DNA of 63,442 nucleotides, the filler included, from Octopus bimaculoides (taxonomy: Eukaryota): NCBI RefSeq assembly GCF_001194135.2. It is 5 parts of 5 records of this genome, joined end to end, with 100 filler letters (N's around TTAATTAATTAA, not from the genome) between each part and the next. Parts side by side here need not be neighbours in the genome. Positions count along the whole stretch, not along the records: positions 49,397 to 63,442 come from NC_068996.1; 4 more parts are not named here. One strand, 5' to 3'. How positions within the stretch are numbered: position 1 is the stretch's first letter; each line of letters opens with the position of its first letter. Positions 61,411 through 63,442 of the stretch are shown here, in pieces. The translations under genes and the position numbers were made by a program. The notes below the pieces were generated by a model, which saw only the letters and a program-made list of their open reading frames with translations, ran no database searches and was not told the origin of the DNA.

Positions 61411-62985
61411 TCTTTTTGTTTTTGACCTGTGGTTGGCGAGTGTTGTAGATTTACTATGTTTATCGTATCTAAAAGAATGGAGGTGAGTGACATATTGTTG
61501 CTTAAAATTTTTGGTTGATCCTATGTATATGGCTGAAGAGTTGTGTAATAGATTAAGGACAGTACATTTGTAAATTACATTATATCTTTTGCAATGGGTT
61601 TGTAACGGGTAGATGGTTCCAGGACGGCAGTTACAATTAGGTGAATTTTGGGGATTGTGTTCAGGAATGGAGGATGTCAGGAATGGAGGATGTTCAGGAA
61701 TGGAGGATGTTCAGGAATGGAGGAGGTAATATTGTCAGAGGAGAGGTTAGAGAAGGGGGTAGAAAAGTCTAGATTATTAGTATTATTAACGTTATCATTA
61801 TCATCATTGTTATTATTACTATTGTTATTAATTGTACTATTTGTAAGAGTGATAGAGATTGTAGTGGTGTTCTGGGCAGTATCAGTAGGATGGGTTGGGT
61901 TGTGGTTGTGGTCTAATGTAAGGGCATCTGTGCTGGAGCTGTGTGTGTGTTGAGCTTTCGTATGACTAGAGTTGTAATTATGTGAGTTCTGATAATAAAG
62001 AGAAAGATTTTGCTTATTAGAGGCTGCTACAATAGATTCGATGTTGGGTGGGGCAGAATAGGATAGTTTTAGGGTGGATCTATTAAAGATAGAATGATAT
62101 TTATGTTGCCGAGGGAAGTTAGACCCTAGTATTTTAAAGAAGGATTTAGCTAAGTTCTTAACGTTAAGAATGAGAACGTTACGAATAACGTGAGAATGGG
62201 GGGGTGTACCACAGAATAGAACGTCCACCGCTTTTTTTAGGGTGTCTGGGGTTAGTGCTATCTTTGTTTTTAGATAAAAGAGTGCTATCTATATTTTTTG
62301 AGAATGGAGGTGGGTGGGTGGCAAAGCTTGTTGTTGTTAGCTGTTTTAGTTGTTTTTGTTTTTGACCTAGTTTTAAATGTATGTGTGTGGGGTCTAGGTT
62401 GCCTAAGTATAAGACCTTCCAGGGTTCTATCAAGGAGTGTGTGTGGTTGGTTGCGATTGTGATGGTTGGTGCGTGTTTGAGATGTGATTTGAGACATATA
62501 TTGTTTGAGCCTGGTGTTATGTATGTATTCTATTTGTTGGGAAAAGCCGCTAGCGGCGAGTGCTTGATTCCTCAGTGGAAGAGAGATCAGATATGCGGGT
62601 TGAGATGCTCGTGATTATGTTATCGAAAGTGGATTTGTGCTGGTTAGAGTGGATGTTAAGGTATTTAACATATTGGTTAGGTTTGTGGTAAGGGGATAAT
62701 TAGGAGGTTGATAAGTTTAGAGTTACGTCTAGAAAGTTAGCAGTTTTGTGAGCGTTTTCGGATGAGATAGACAGGTTTAGGTTAGAGAAGAATTTAAGTA
62801 GATCCTTTCTACTTCTTTCCAAGGAGGATTTATTTATGCTTTTGGTAACTAGGCGTCGTTCCTGTATAGGCCTCCCTTGATGTTAGAGAAATGTATATGG
62901 AGCTGGTAAAGTATATATAGTCCAACCGAGTCAGTGACCTGAGCTGAATCAGATGATCCCATGGTTATGTCAAATAGGCTGCTTA
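61411..62985 (-). mobile_element. Penelope-like element (Neptune-type): RT motifs, thumb, linker and GIY-YIG, decayed
   Basis: LFDITMGSSDSAQV..VGLYIL, GLYRND (62866-62855, YRDD variant), NFLDVTLNL, PYHKPN, ILWYTPPFS, IFNRSTLKLSYS, CNCR..C..NVIYKC..YIGSTKNFK. Confidence 0.93.
61658..61724. repeat. 4 x 17-bp tandem repeat (tgttcaggaatggagga) inside the Penelope-like linker
   Basis: Units of 17, 16, 17 and 17 bp, with no spacers. Confidence 0.95.
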
Positions 62986-63137
62986 ATTTTATAAATATAA
63001 TTATATTTTATAATCATATTTATAAAATTTATACAATTGTTAATACTTTGTATTAAATTTTACCTTAATTAGTTTTTGTAAATATAGATTTTATCCTTAA
63101 TTATATTTGCTATATATATATATATATATATATATAA

Positions 63138-63294
63138 ACGACGGGCTTCATTCAGTTTCCGTCTACCAAATCCACACAAAAGGCTTTGATCGGCCTAAAG
63201 CTATAGTGGAAGACACTTTCCCAATATGCCACGCAGTGGGACAGAACCTGGAACCATGTGGTTGGGAAGCAAGCTTGTTACTACAATGCACGCC
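63138..63294 (-). mobile_element. SINE family B, 5' half
   Basis: acgacgggcttcattcagtttccgtctaccaaatcca..gaagacactt..gaacctggaaccatgtggttgggaagc. Confidence 0.92.
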
Positions 63295-63442
63295 GAGGAA
63301 ACAGAATCTAAAGTTTTGCTTGTTTGTTTGTTTTTTATTTGGGTTTTTTTCCCTTTTGAAAGAAATTCGAGATCAGGGGAAAAGAAAAGTCAAGAAATTA
63401 AAGACTTCTAAGACTAAGAAACAAAAAATTCCCTGGACAATG

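Noticed and set aside
61658-61724. CRISPR-like direct repeats
   Set aside because: Contiguous 17-mers without spacers, no cas genes, eukaryotic context.

Overview
AT-rich, repeat-dense eukaryotic draft scaffold with about 20 N gaps (roughly 12% of the window). Four of the gaps carry an artificial TTAATTAATTAA linker. The microsatellite load and the tRNA-headed SINE families look like an octopus (coleoid cephalopod) genome; that is my inference, not a database result. I find no intact host gene, rRNA, true tRNA, CRISPR array or prokaryotic feature. Almost every long ORF in the track is a microsatellite or N-gap artefact. The real coding content is decayed transposons: mariner copies of several subfamilies, a DD37D maT-type element, a Tc1 fragment, pogo/Tigger, RTE, CR1, R4/Dong, two types of Penelope-like element, and a Ty3/gypsy gag start with its PBS. 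There are also 25 or more SINE pieces. I cannot support a new multi-gene system. The best leads are: (1) a CR1-type LINE whose ORF1 appears to join a Myb/SANT-like domain to a CCCH zinc finger; (2) a CpG-decay domain over about 1-16 kb that ends at a linker gap; (3) R4/Dong pieces repeatedly sitting in (AAT)n; (4) a maT transposase patched with two foreign TE fragments; (5) a 72-bp TA-flanked hairpin element; (6) a clean 33-nt candidate micro-exon. All motif calls and counts were made by eye.
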